From contig JBGUSX010000156.1 in NCBI GenBank assembly GCA_045132775.1, forward strand, positions 3,062-67,061: a stretch of 64,000 bases of DNA. The letters run 5' to 3'. Origin of the DNA: Eubacteriales bacterium. GTDB lineage: Bacteria > Bacillota > Clostridia > Oscillospirales > CAG-272. How positions within the stretch are numbered: the stretch's first letter is position 1; each line of letters opens with the position of its first letter. Made by a program: the position numbers and the translations under genes. A model generated the notes under the pieces. That model was not told the DNA's origin and did no database searches. It saw only the letters and a list, made by a program, of their open reading frames with translations. This document shows positions 43,608 to 53,521 of the stretch, piece by piece.

Positions 43608-45743
43608 TTAGGTTCGTTCGAATTGTCTGTCAATATTCTTCTTGGAAAGCTCCATAGCAACGGGACGTCCGTGAGGACAGAAAGTGATGTCGGGGATCTC
43701 CATAAGCTTTTCAACGACCCACTTCTGATGCTCGACGGGATATTCTCTTCCCGCTTTTATTGCCGCCTTGCAGGATGCCTGATAAAGCGCCTTCTCAAAC
43801 ACGATATTTCTTGTGATCTCAACGTTTCCCGTTCCGTTCTTTATTCTGTCGGCTATGACGGTAAACATATCCGCCACAGCGTCTTGCTCGATACCCACGG
43901 GTAAAGCATTGACAAGTATCATATTTCTCGAGGTGGTGAACTCAAATCCTACCGCCTCGATCTCGCGTCTATACTCCTCTATTGCCGCAACCTCGTCACT
44001 CATAAGCATTATCTCGATCGGGAGCATAAGAAGCTGTGAGGACACCGATGCGGAATACATATTCTTCTTGAGCTGCTCGAAAATGATCCTTTCGTGTGCG
44101 GCGTGCTTATCGATAATAAGTATTTTCTCGCCGACCTCTACGATCACGTACGCATTAAATGCTTCGCCAATGATTCTGTAATGCGGTCTGACAGCTGAAT
44201 CTGATTCGATCTTTTTATCAACTTGATCTTCAGTTTCGGGAGCTATGACAGGTTCAGAGGCGACAGTCGTTTCCGTAACAACAGGCGTAGCGTGGGTGGG
44301 TTCTTGTTCATCCTCCACTTTCACTCCCGTAATCTGCGCAAGCCTTTTTTCAAGCTCCTTGAATGCCGGCATACTCCTTATCTTTTCGGGAGTCATGGGA
44401 TTTTCACGCATCGCCTTGTCGTATCTTGCCTTCATCTCGGGAGTTTCCATAAGGTATTCCCTTACGTACTCCTCGGGAGTCGGAAGCTGCATAGGCTCTT
44501 TTTTCGCCACTTCGGTTTTTGTTTCTTCAACTACAGCTTCGCGTGTTGCCGGTGCCTTGACAGGCTCCGGAATGCGCGTTTCAACACTTTGTATACGCGC
44601 GCTCGTTACAGGGCTACTTGTGGGTATTGTTTTAGGTGCAGACTGCTCGATGGATATCTGTCTTGCTTTGAGTGATTGCTCTCTCTCAACGGGGATAAAC
44701 GCATCGGACATTCTGACGCCGTTTGTTTTCTGAACCACTATCTCGGGGCGCTCCGTGTTTTCCTCAAGTACCTGTCTTACGGCATAATAAACCGCTTCAA
44801 ATACGGGCTTCTCGTTCGAGAATTTCACCTCGAGCTTTGCGGGATGCACATTAACGTCCACTCTTGTGGGATTGAGTGTCAGGAACAAAACGCATACGGG
44901 AAATTTCTCGCTTGGCATATACGAGGTATATGCCTGCTCTATTGCCGCACTTGCGGTCCTGCTCTTGATATATCGCTTATTGATATAAAAGTTCTCGTAA
45001 TTTCGGTTACTCTTGACATTATCAGATCTACCGATATATCCCTTTACCGTTATTCCGTCGTATTCTCCGTTGACCTCCAAAAGTCTATTTGAAAAGTCTC
45101 TACCGAAAACAGCATATATTGCACTTATAAGCTTTCCGTCACCAGCGGTCTCGAGCTTGACCTGTCCGTCGGTTATGAGTCTGAACGCGATCTCGGGGTG
45201 AGACAGCGCTATCCTTTCAACGTTTGCGCAAACCGCAGTCGTCTCGGTTACGTCTCTCTTTAGGAATTTTCTTCTTGCAGGAACGTTGGCAAAGAGATTT
45301 TCAACTATTATGGTGGTTCCGTTTGAGCATCCGCGCTCGGTAACGTCCATTATCTCTCCGCAATGAACCTCAAGCTCGGCTCCAATGGGCGCATCGTGAG
45401 GCTTTGATATGATCCTCACGTCAGCGACCGCACTTATTGCCGCCAATGCCTCACCGCGAAATCCGAGAGTACAGATACCGTCAAGATCCTCGGCAGTCTT
45501 AATTTTGCTGGTTGCGTGTCTTCTTACTGCCAGCGGAAGATCATCGGGCTCCATTCCGCATCCGTCGTCCGATATGCGCATAAAGGTTATTCCGCCGTTC
45601 TGTATTTCAACGGTTATGTGCTTCGCGCCCGCATCTATGGAGTTTTCTATCATCTCTTTGATGGCGGATGCAGGTCTGTCAACCACCTCACCCGCCGCGA
45701 TAAGGTTGGCGACCTCAAATGATAAAATATTTATATTCGGCAC
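43608..45743 (-). CDS. mutL: DNA mismatch repair endonuclease MutL
   Basis: 'NLIAAGEVVDRPASAIKEMIENSIDAGA', 'LGFRGEALAAI', C-terminal 'DKHAAHERI' endonuclease motif. Confidence 0.93.
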   Translation of the reverse strand: MPNINILSFEVANLIAAGEVVDRPASAIKEMIENSIDAGAKHITVEIQNGGITFMRISDDGCGMEPDDLPLAVRRHATSKIKTAEDLDGICTLGFRGEALAAISAVADVRIISKPHDAPIGAELEVHCGEIMDVTERGCSNGTTIIVENLFANVPARRKFLKRDVTETTAVCANVERIALSHPEIAFRLITDGQVKLETAGDGKLISAIYAVFGRDFSNRLLEVNGEYDGITVKGYIGRSDNVKSNRNYENFYINKRYIKSRTASAAIEQAYTSYMPSEKFPVCVLFLTLNPTRVDVNVHPAKLEVKFSNEKPVFEAVYYAVRQVLEENTERPEIVVQKTNGVRMSDAFIPVEREQSLKARQISIEQSAPKTIPTSSPVTSARIQSVETRIPEPVKAPATREAVVEETKTEVAKKEPMQLPTPEEYVREYLMETPEMKARYDKAMRENPMTPEKIRSMPAFKELEKRLAQITGVKVEDEQEPTHATPVVTETTVASEPVIAPETEDQVDKKIESDSAVRPHYRIIGEAFNAYVIVEVGEKILIIDKHAAHERIIFEQLKKNMYSASVSSQLLMLPIEIMLMSDEVAAIEEYRREIEAVGFEFTTSRNMILVNALPVGIEQDAVADMFTVIADRIKNGTGNVEITRNIVFEKALYQASCKAAIKAGREYPVEHQKWVVEKLMEIPDITFCPHGRPVAMELSKKNIDRQFERT

Positions 45744-45761
45744 AGGTGGTCTCTCCTTTCA

Positions 45762-48359
45762 TCAGTTTCCGAGTCTCTTCTTCCACTCAAATACAAGCGT
45801 CATGCACTCGTACGGTGAGAGAGTATTGATATCGGTATTTTTGATCTCTTCTATTACCTGCTCGTTGACAAGATCGTCAAAGCTGATAAGGGTATCGTCC
45901 TTTTCCTCGATCTTCTCCTCAACGTCGGTAAGCTTTATGTTTTTGGCACTTTCCTCGACCGTGGCAAGAACCTCTTTTGCTCTCTTGATGACCTCGTTCG
46001 GAAGTCCTGCGAGCTTTGCGACCTCTATACCGTAGCTATCGTCGGTAGAACCGCGAACGATCTTTCGAAGGAAGGTAATATTGTCGCCCCTCTTCTTTGC
46101 GGCGATGTTATAATTGACTATTCCGTCAAACTCGTTTTCCATGCTTGTAAGCTCATGATAGTGCGTTGCAAAGAGCGTTTTTGCTCCTATCTTGCGGCTT
46201 GCGGTATACTCAACTATCGCACGTGCGATACTCATTCCATCAAAGGTCGAGGTTCCGCGTCCGACCTCGTCGTATATGATAAGGCTCTTCTTCGTAGCAT
46301 TTCGAAGTATGTAAGCGACCTCATTCATCTCAAGCATAAAGGTTGACTGTCCCGATGCAAGATCATCTGATGCGCCAACGCGCGTGAAGATCTTATCAAC
46401 TATGCCTACCGTCGCCTCCGCAGCAGGAACAAACGAGCCGATCTGCGCCATAAGTGTAATAAGCGCGACCTGTCTCATATACGTAGATTTACCCGCCATG
46501 TTCGGTCCTGTAATGAGGAGGAGGCGGTCGGTCTTCATGTTGAGAAGAGTGTCATTTGGAACAAAATAGCTGTCCTTGACAAACTGCTCGACAACGGGAT
46601 GCCTTCCGTCCTTGATGATAAGCTCATCCGACGAATTAACCTCGGGACGAACGTATCTGTTCTTTGCAGCAACGGTGGCAAGGCTGTAATATACGTCTAT
46701 CTGTGCGACAAGCGCAGCAGCCTTCTGTATTCTCGTGCTGTTCTCTGCAACTACGGTTCTTATCTCACAGAAAATGTCGTACTCGAGCTGATTGAGCTTG
46801 TCAGCTGCTCCCAGCACTTTTGCCTCCATCTCCTTGAGCTCTTCCGTAATGTATCTTTCACAGTTCGATAGCGTCTGCTTTCTGATATATCTGTCGGGAA
46901 CAAGATTTATCTGCGACTTTGTTACCTCTATGTAGAATCCGAATACGCGGTTATATCCAACCTTAAGGTTCTTTATTCCGGTTGCATCACGCTCGTTCTG
47001 CGCTATCTGCTCCTTCCACTCGTCTCCATGGTCGATTATCTTTCTGTATTCATCGACCTGGGCATTATACCCGTCGAGAATCATATTTCCTTCACGGACG
47101 GTCAGGGGCGCGTCCTCGGATATTGAGATGTCGATGAGATTACAAATATCCTCAAGAGTATCCAGCTCGGAATATATGCTCTGCATCTCGTTTGAGGTAC
47201 ATTCGCTGATAAGCTTTTTAAGTTCGGGAAGAATGCGCGTGCTGTTCGCAACCGCGCGGAGATCTCTGGCATTTGCGGTACCGTAAACTATCTTTGTCAT
47301 CAAACGTTCAAGATCAAGCACCTCGTCAAGAAGCTCAGAGATCTGCTCGCGAAGCATAAAGTTATTATACAGCTCTTCGACCGCGTTCTGTCTGCGGACT
47401 ATGCGAGAGACGTTTATAAGCGGATGCTCTACCCACTTACGCAAAAGGCGAGCTCCGAGAGAAGAGCGCGTTTTATCAAGAACCCAAAGGAGCGTTCCCT
47501 TCTTTTCCTTTGTGCGCAAGGTCTCCGTGAGCTCAAGATTTCTTCTCGTGTTTACGTCAAGCTCAAGATACTGTCCGTTTGAATAGAGGTTGAGCTTATT
47601 GATATACGAAATATCCTTTTTCTGCGTATCCTGAATGTAATCAAGCATCGCTCCAACCGCGCAGACTATCGCCTTATCGGCAACATCGTCCTCGCGTAGA
47701 GTGTCGGTAAACTGTGCTTTTACTCTTTCAAGGCAAGACTCATACTCAAAACGCTTATACTGACTGTCGTTGAGCATTGCGCCAAGTCTGCCCTCAATGA
47801 ATTTCGCGGTTTCCGCAAACTTCATTGAGTTAAGGTTTGCTACGATCTCGACGGGGGAATACGTGCCAAGCTCGTTGTGGAGCTTCGCCTCGATTCCGTC
47901 TCCCGATATAGAAGTGGCATATATTTCCGCGGTAGAAATATCGCAAAAGCATATTCCTGTTTCAAATTCTCCAAGATAAAGAGAGCAAAGATAGTTATTC
48001 TTCTTATCGGACAAAAGCTCGCTCTCAATGAGCGTACCGGGAGTGATAACTCTTATAACGTCACGCTTGACTATTCCCTTTGCCTCTGCAGGATTTTCCA
48101 TCTGCTCGCAGATAGCGATCTTGAAGCCCTGCTCGATCAATCTGCCGATATAGGTATCAACTGAGTGGAAAGGAACACCGCACATAGGTGCTCTTTCGGC
48201 TTCTCCGCAATCTCTGCCCGTGAGTGTCAGCTCGAGTGCGCGCGAGGCTATGATGGCATCGTCAAAAAACATCTCGTAAAAGTCACCGAGACGGTAAAAA
48301 AGAAGATAGTCCTTGTAGTTATTTTTTATCTCGAAGTATTGCTCCATCATCGGAGTCAT
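45762..48359 (-). CDS. mutS: DNA mismatch repair protein MutS
   Basis: 'TPMMEQYFEIK..LLFYRLGDFYEMFFDDA', Walker A 'GPNMAGKST', 'FATHYHELT'. Confidence 0.95.
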   Translation of the reverse strand: MTPMMEQYFEIKNNYKDYLLFYRLGDFYEMFFDDAIIASRALELTLTGRDCGEAERAPMCGVPFHSVDTYIGRLIEQGFKIAICEQMENPAEAKGIVKRDVIRVITPGTLIESELLSDKKNNYLCSLYLGEFETGICFCDISTAEIYATSISGDGIEAKLHNELGTYSPVEIVANLNSMKFAETAKFIEGRLGAMLNDSQYKRFEYESCLERVKAQFTDTLREDDVADKAIVCAVGAMLDYIQDTQKKDISYINKLNLYSNGQYLELDVNTRRNLELTETLRTKEKKGTLLWVLDKTRSSLGARLLRKWVEHPLINVSRIVRRQNAVEELYNNFMLREQISELLDEVLDLERLMTKIVYGTANARDLRAVANSTRILPELKKLISECTSNEMQSIYSELDTLEDICNLIDISISEDAPLTVREGNMILDGYNAQVDEYRKIIDHGDEWKEQIAQNERDATGIKNLKVGYNRVFGFYIEVTKSQINLVPDRYIRKQTLSNCERYITEELKEMEAKVLGAADKLNQLEYDIFCEIRTVVAENSTRIQKAAALVAQIDVYYSLATVAAKNRYVRPEVNSSDELIIKDGRHPVVEQFVKDSYFVPNDTLLNMKTDRLLLITGPNMAGKSTYMRQVALITLMAQIGSFVPAAEATVGIVDKIFTRVGASDDLASGQSTFMLEMNEVAYILRNATKKSLIIYDEVGRGTSTFDGMSIARAIVEYTASRKIGAKTLFATHYHELTSMENEFDGIVNYNIAAKKRGDNITFLRKIVRGSTDDSYGIEVAKLAGLPNEVIKRAKEVLATVEESAKNIKLTDVEEKIEEKDDTLISFDDLVNEQVIEEIKNTDINTLSPYECMTLVFEWKKRLGN

Positions 48360-48395
48360 GGTCTTTTCCTCGCTTCTGTAGTTTTAACTTGGATT

Positions 48396-48776
48396 TTAGT
48401 GACATCCGGAGCAGGATGAACAGTCATGTGTGCAGGGTGTCTGTCCCGTTGCGTTAAACATGATAGTATTGTTCACGCTCTCCATAAGCTCGTTTACAGC
48501 CTGCTGTGCCTCGTCAAGCTCCTTAAAAATGGGATCGGCAGTAATTTCGGCATAGATCTCGTCAATTCTGTCCTGAATGCGTGTAAGTGCATCGGTGTCG
48601 ATCTCCTCACCGTCGCCCATAGTTGTGAGTGCCTGCTGCTGAATTCCGTACTCCATCATAAGGTTTCCGATCTTTTCGCTGGATTCGTAGGCTTCCTTTG
48701 CCTTCTCCATACGGATCATTCTCTCGTCTTCTCTGATGGTTTTTCCAAGCTCTGTTGCAAGTTCAAATATAGTCAT
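48396..48776 (-). CDS. YlbF/YmcA-family regulator with a C-terminal Cys cluster
   Basis: 126 aa, helical. 'FKELDEAQQAVNELM' is typical of the family. The tail is 'PCTHDCSSCSGCH'. Confidence 0.65.
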   Translation of the reverse strand: MTIFELATELGKTIREDERMIRMEKAKEAYESSEKIGNLMMEYGIQQQALTTMGDGEEIDTDALTRIQDRIDEIYAEITADPIFKELDEAQQAVNELMESVNNTIMFNATGQTPCTHDCSSCSGCH

Positions 48777-48796
48777 TTTAGTTTTCCTCTCTGTTT

Positions 48797-50215
48797 TCAG
48801 TTTATCTTTTCGCCGTAGAGCGCAAAGGTCTCGGCGCGTGTGATCTTAAGCTCGATGAATTTGCCGATATCCGACTCATTTCCATCAAACAATACTATTT
48901 TATTTCCCTCACTGCGACCCGAATATACGCTCTCATTGTTTTTACTCGGTCCGTCGCAAAGAACTTTAATTATCTTGCCCTCAAGGGGCTTATTCCTTTC
49001 AAGTGCTATTTCATTCTGCGTCTCAAGCAGACGGTTCATTCTCTCGCCCTTGATACTGTCGGAAATCTGGCAATCCATTGCCGCCGCGGGAGTATCCTTT
49101 CTCGGAGAATAAATGAACGAATACGTCATATCAAATCTGACTCGACGGAGCATCTCAAGAGTTCCCTCGAAATCCTCGTCGGTCTCGCCCGGGAATCCGA
49201 CTATTATGTCCGAAGATATCGTTACGTCGGGAACCTTCTTGCGAAGATAGTCAACCGTACGTAAATATTTTTCGGTGTCATAGTGGCGGTTCATTGCCTT
49301 GAGTATCCTGTCACTTCCCGACTGCATCGGCAAATGGAACTGATGCGCTATATGCTTTGATGAGGCTATCGTATCGATAAGCTTGTCAGACGCATCCTTT
49401 GGGTGCGAGGTCATAAAACGAATGAAGTAGTCACCTTCTATCTTGTCGATGTCAGCAAGCAGATCGGCGAAATCATAGGTCTCACCCTCGTCGCTTTTTG
49501 CATCCTTACCGTAAGAGTTTACGTTCTGTCCGAGTAGCGTTATGTCCTTATATCCCTGCTCGACAAGTCCTCTGACCTCGGCGATTATGGCCTCGGGGCG
49601 ACGGCTTCTCTCACGTCCGCGAACGTAAGGTACTATGCAATAGGTACAAAAGTTGTTGCAACCGTACATGATCGACACCCACGCACGATATGTGGATTCG
49701 CGGTATATAGGTAGTCCCTCTGCAACAAGATATTCCTTTTCCTCGGGACAATAAAGGCGTTTTCCTTTTTCGAGCTTTTTGAAAACAAGCTCGGGAAGAC
49801 GGTGAAGTGATGAGGTTCCTAGCACGAAATCAACGTAAGAGTAGCTGTGCTTTATAGATTCCTTGCGGTGCTCCTGCGTTACCATACAACCGCACACACC
49901 GATAAGCATATTCGGCTTTACAGCTTTCAGATGCTTGTACTGTCCGATAATTGACAGTGCTTTCTGCTCTGCGTGCTCGCGAACCGCACAAGTATTGACC
50001 ATTATCAAGTCGGCTATCTCGGGCAAGTCGGTTATGGTGTAGCCCATTGACACGCACATTCCGGCTATTTTTTCGCTGTCTGCCTCGTTCTGCTGACAGC
50101 CAAATGTCTGAACGTAGGCATATTTTTTCTCACCGCAGTTCAGTATATTTATTTTTTTGACGTATTCCCTCTGCGCTTGCATTTCCGCATCGGGCAAAAT
50201 TCGGTATTCTCTCAT
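48797..50215 (-). CDS. miaB: tRNA-i6A37 methylthiotransferase MiaB
   Basis: 'YVQTFGCQQNEADSE', radical-SAM 'CNNFCTYCIVP', C-terminal TRAM domain. Start set at the ATG at 50215 (AAGGA RBS); GTG at 50233 is an alternative. Confidence 0.85.
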   Translation of the reverse strand: MREYRILPDAEMQAQREYVKKINILNCGEKKYAYVQTFGCQQNEADSEKIAGMCVSMGYTITDLPEIADLIMVNTCAVREHAEQKALSIIGQYKHLKAVKPNMLIGVCGCMVTQEHRKESIKHSYSYVDFVLGTSSLHRLPELVFKKLEKGKRLYCPEEKEYLVAEGLPIYRESTYRAWVSIMYGCNNFCTYCIVPYVRGRERSRRPEAIIAEVRGLVEQGYKDITLLGQNVNSYGKDAKSDEGETYDFADLLADIDKIEGDYFIRFMTSHPKDASDKLIDTIASSKHIAHQFHLPMQSGSDRILKAMNRHYDTEKYLRTVDYLRKKVPDVTISSDIIVGFPGETDEDFEGTLEMLRRVRFDMTYSFIYSPRKDTPAAAMDCQISDSIKGERMNRLLETQNEIALERNKPLEGKIIKVLCDGPSKNNESVYSGRSEGNKIVLFDGNESDIGKFIELKITRAETFALYGEKIN

Positions 50216-50360
50216 TTTTTGTCCTTTTGACACACTTATAATTATAGATTATAATTATATCATATATTGCAAAAGGTGTCAAGAGTTTGACACCTAAAAA
50301 TCCAATGTCGTAGCAAAAAAGGCCGCATGAGCGACCTTTTTGTGCAGTAATCGTAAATTT

Positions 50361-51215
50361 TCATTTGTTTCTCGCAATACTTGCGGCTGTCAATGTGTTT
50401 TTGAGCAGCATTGTTATAGTCATAGGTCCGACGCCTCCGGGAACAGGTGTAATGTAAGAAGCCTTCGGCTCAACCTCTGCAAACGCCACGTCTCCTACGA
50501 GCTTTCCGGATTCAAGGCGGTTTATTCCAACGTCTATGACAACCGCGCCCTCCTTGACCATATCCGCAGTCACGAATTCGGGCTTGCCTATCGATGCAAC
50601 GAGAATATCTGCTTCTCGGCAGATCTCTTTAAGATTTTGCGTTCTGCTGTGGCAGATCGTTACCGTGCCGTTTGCATGTAGCAAAAGCATTGCCATGGGC
50701 TTTCCGACTATATTCGAACGACCGATCACAACGCATTTTTTGCCGCACACGTCAACACCAGAACGTTCAAGAAGCACCATAACTCCCGCGGGAGTACAAG
50801 GCAGAAGATCGTGGTTTCCTATCATAATTTTTCCAACGTTATACGGATGAAATGCATCAACGTCCTTTTCGGGCTTGATCTTAAGCAGGACCTCTGTCTC
50901 GTTGAGGTGCTTGGGCAATGGAAGCTGAACGAGTATTCCGTGTATCTTCTCGTCGTTATTCAGCTTTTCAATAAGTGCGATGAGTTCTTCCTGCGTTGTC
51001 TCTTCGTCAAGCTCATAGCTCTCCGAGTAAAAGCCGACCTCCTCGCAGCCTCTCTTTTTGTTACGAACGTAAACCTGCGATGCAGGGTCGCTTCCGACTA
51101 TCACCACGGCAAGTCCGGGCGCACATCCGTACTTTTCTTTAAAAGCAAGAGTTCCTGCCGCTATCTCTTCTCTGACCTGTCGGCTTATCGCCTTTCCGTC
51201 AATTATCTGTGCCAT
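50361..51215 (-). CDS. folD: Bifunctional methylenetetrahydrofolate dehydrogenase/cyclohydrolase
   Basis: 'MAQIIDGKAISRQVREE', 'VGSDPASQVYVRNK', 'GILVQLPLP', 'VIGRSNIVGKPMAMLL', 'ITPVPGGVGPMT'. Start at 51215 with an AAGGAGA RBS. Confidence 0.93.
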   Translation of the reverse strand: MAQIIDGKAISRQVREEIAAGTLAFKEKYGCAPGLAVVIVGSDPASQVYVRNKKRGCEEVGFYSESYELDEETTQEELIALIEKLNNDEKIHGILVQLPLPKHLNETEVLLKIKPEKDVDAFHPYNVGKIMIGNHDLLPCTPAGVMVLLERSGVDVCGKKCVVIGRSNIVGKPMAMLLLHANGTVTICHSRTQNLKEICREADILVASIGKPEFVTADMVKEGAVVIDVGINRLESGKLVGDVAFAEVEPKASYITPVPGGVGPMTITMLLKNTLTAASIARNK

Positions 51216-52230
51216 CTTTTTCTTCTCCTTCGGGTGCTGTTTTTTCGTCGATAATATCGCCGCCTGCAACGACCTTTTCCGCCTTCTTGAAGAAAACGGG
51301 ATGCTGATCAATGGAGGGCTTTATAATCTGATCAAATTTTGTTAGTTTTGCTTCGGGATCGCCGAACTTTTTTGAGTAGATAAGACCCGCTATCAACAAG
51401 CCGCCGAATACGATAAAGCAAAGTATTCCTACAAGCTGGGAAATGCGAATTTCCGTGCCGGGAATATACAGGCTATCGGTGCGGAGTCCCTCGATAAAGA
51501 AACGTCCGAAGCCGTACCAGGCAAGATACATACACGCTATCTGACCGTTAAACTTTTTCTTTTTGTAGAAGATGTTTATGAGTATGAATCCGATAAGATT
51601 CCAAAGCGACTCATAAAGAAAGGTCGGGTGGACGTACACCATTTCAAACGTATCAAAGTCCGCGATAGTGTTATTTGATAAAAGACCCATACGCATAAAG
51701 TACAAGGGGTGTCCCTCTGCTATCTGTCCTCCAAATGCCTCGCCGTTAAAGAAATTTCCCCATCTTCCGAGCGACTGCGCGATCATTACTCCGGGTCCCG
51801 CCATATCCATAAGCTTTATGGTGTTCATCTTCTTGATCCTGGTTGCTATCACGATGCCGAGTATTCCGCAGATTATTCCTCCGTATATCGCAAGTCCGCC
51901 GTTACGAAGATTGAAAATATTTTTTATGAATTGTACGAAATTAAAGGGCTTGGGAATATACTGATCCAGTGTTGTTAACACGTAATACAGTCTTGCGCCT
52001 ATAACACCGAGGATCACAGTCCAAAGGGCTACGTCAATAAGATCGTCAACCTTTACACCCTCGTATTTGCATCGGAATGATGCATAAACAAAGGCAAGAA
52101 CTATGCCTAAGGTTATGATTATTCCGTACCAATACACCGGGAATTTGCCACCCAGATTAAACGCAACGTTGTCAAGATCAAAACTTTCTATCCCGAGTCC
52201 CGGGAATGAAACTACTGTTTTAGTCAACAT
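51199..52230 (-). CDS. lgt: Prolipoprotein diacylglyceryl transferase
   Basis: 'YGIIITLG', 'GARLYYV', 'GGLAIYGGI', 'GRWGNFFNGEAFG', 'HPTFLYESLWN'. The acidic C-terminal extension overlaps the folD start by 17 nt. Confidence 0.9.
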   Translation of the reverse strand: MLTKTVVSFPGLGIESFDLDNVAFNLGGKFPVYWYGIIITLGIVLAFVYASFRCKYEGVKVDDLIDVALWTVILGVIGARLYYVLTTLDQYIPKPFNFVQFIKNIFNLRNGGLAIYGGIICGILGIVIATRIKKMNTIKLMDMAGPGVMIAQSLGRWGNFFNGEAFGGQIAEGHPLYFMRMGLLSNNTIADFDTFEMVYVHPTFLYESLWNLIGFILINIFYKKKKFNGQIACMYLAWYGFGRFFIEGLRTDSLYIPGTEIRISQLVGILCFIVFGGLLIAGLIYSKKFGDPEAKLTKFDQIIKPSIDQHPVFFKKAEKVVAGGDIIDEKTAPEGEEKDGTDN

Positions 52231-53521
52231 TTTCTTCTCCTTTCTCAATCGGTTTTACGACCGAAAGAGTAAAAAATTCGTCCTTGAATATCTCGCATGC
52301 GATATTCCTTACATCTTCAAAGTTTATACTATCTATAAGGCTCGGATAAACAAAGAGATCCAGATTTTCCCAAGCATATCCGTTCATCGCAAATGCAATA
52401 TCCTCGGTACTGTCAAATTCAGATACGTAAGATGCATACATACATCTTTTTTCGCGGATAAAATCTCTTTCGTCAAGACCGTTCTCAATGCACTTTTTTA
52501 TGTATTTTTTGATCTCGACAAGCAGAGACTCAGGATCGCTACTTTCGCCCGACATCATAATGTAAGCAGTGGTAGCATTTGCACTGTACCCTGTATCAAA
52601 ACCTGGCGATAAGAGATCTTTTTCAAGCATTTCAAGATAGAAATCCCCTGCCTCCGAAAACATCATATTTAAAAGAATATTGACAGTCTCGCTTCTCTTG
52701 TATCTCTCGTAAGAGTTACTCGGAACACGCACATCCTTTACACCAATTGAAAAGATAGGCTTTCCAACGGGCATTTCCCTTTCGGTATATGATGATACAA
52801 CGTTTTCAGGCTCGTCAAACGAATCCAATTCTGCGGGCTTGCAAGTACTTTCCTCTATCATATCATCAACGATCGAGAGTACTTTTTCAGGTGTTATCCT
52901 TCCGCTTACGCAAAGCTGCATGTTGGACGGAATATAAAAATCTTGACAACATCTGTAAAGGGTTTCGGGCGTGATCTCGGATATCGATTCCTCGCTTCCG
53001 CATATCTCGAGCTTGACGGGATCATTGTGATACATTCCCTCAAGCATTCCGATGTAGCAACGGTCATACGGGTCATCAATACACCCTCTTATTTCCTGTG
53101 CGATTATTCCTATTTCCTTTTTAACGGTAGCATCTGTGAAATAGGGACTCATCACAAACCTGATAAGCTCCTCAAGACACTGCTCTTCGTTGTCTGTCGT
53201 TGAAAAGAGATATGCGGTTCTGTCGTTGGACGTATAGGCATTGCAGTATGCGCCAAGGGCAGAAAAATTATCGTCCGCATTTGTTCCGTCGGGATTGTCA
53301 AAAAGCTTGTGCTCCAGGAAATGAGCACATCCCTGCGGTATTACAACTTCTTCTCCGTTTTTGGAATACCTCGTCGTATTTCCCCCGAAATTGACAGAAA
53401 AAACGCCGTATGTGGTTGACATATCCTTTGGGAATACGCACACGGTAAGTCCGCTTTCGTGAACGGTCTTATAGTATTTTTCACCGAGAAGATCCGAGTT
53501 AAACATTTCAAATTTACTCAT
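52220..53521 (-). CDS. M16-family zinc peptidase (active-site subunit)
   Basis: 433 aa with the HxxEH motif 'AHFLEHKLF'. Confidence 0.85.
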   Translation of the reverse strand: MSKFEMFNSDLLGEKYYKTVHESGLTVCVFPKDMSTTYGVFSVNFGGNTTRYSKNGEEVVIPQGCAHFLEHKLFDNPDGTNADDNFSALGAYCNAYTSNDRTAYLFSTTDNEEQCLEELIRFVMSPYFTDATVKKEIGIIAQEIRGCIDDPYDRCYIGMLEGMYHNDPVKLEICGSEESISEITPETLYRCCQDFYIPSNMQLCVSGRITPEKVLSIVDDMIEESTCKPAELDSFDEPENVVSSYTEREMPVGKPIFSIGVKDVRVPSNSYERYKRSETVNILLNMMFSEAGDFYLEMLEKDLLSPGFDTGYSANATTAYIMMSGESSDPESLLVEIKKYIKKCIENGLDERDFIREKRCMYASYVSEFDSTEDIAFAMNGYAWENLDLFVYPSLIDSINFEDVRNIACEIFKDEFFTLSVVKPIEKGEENVD

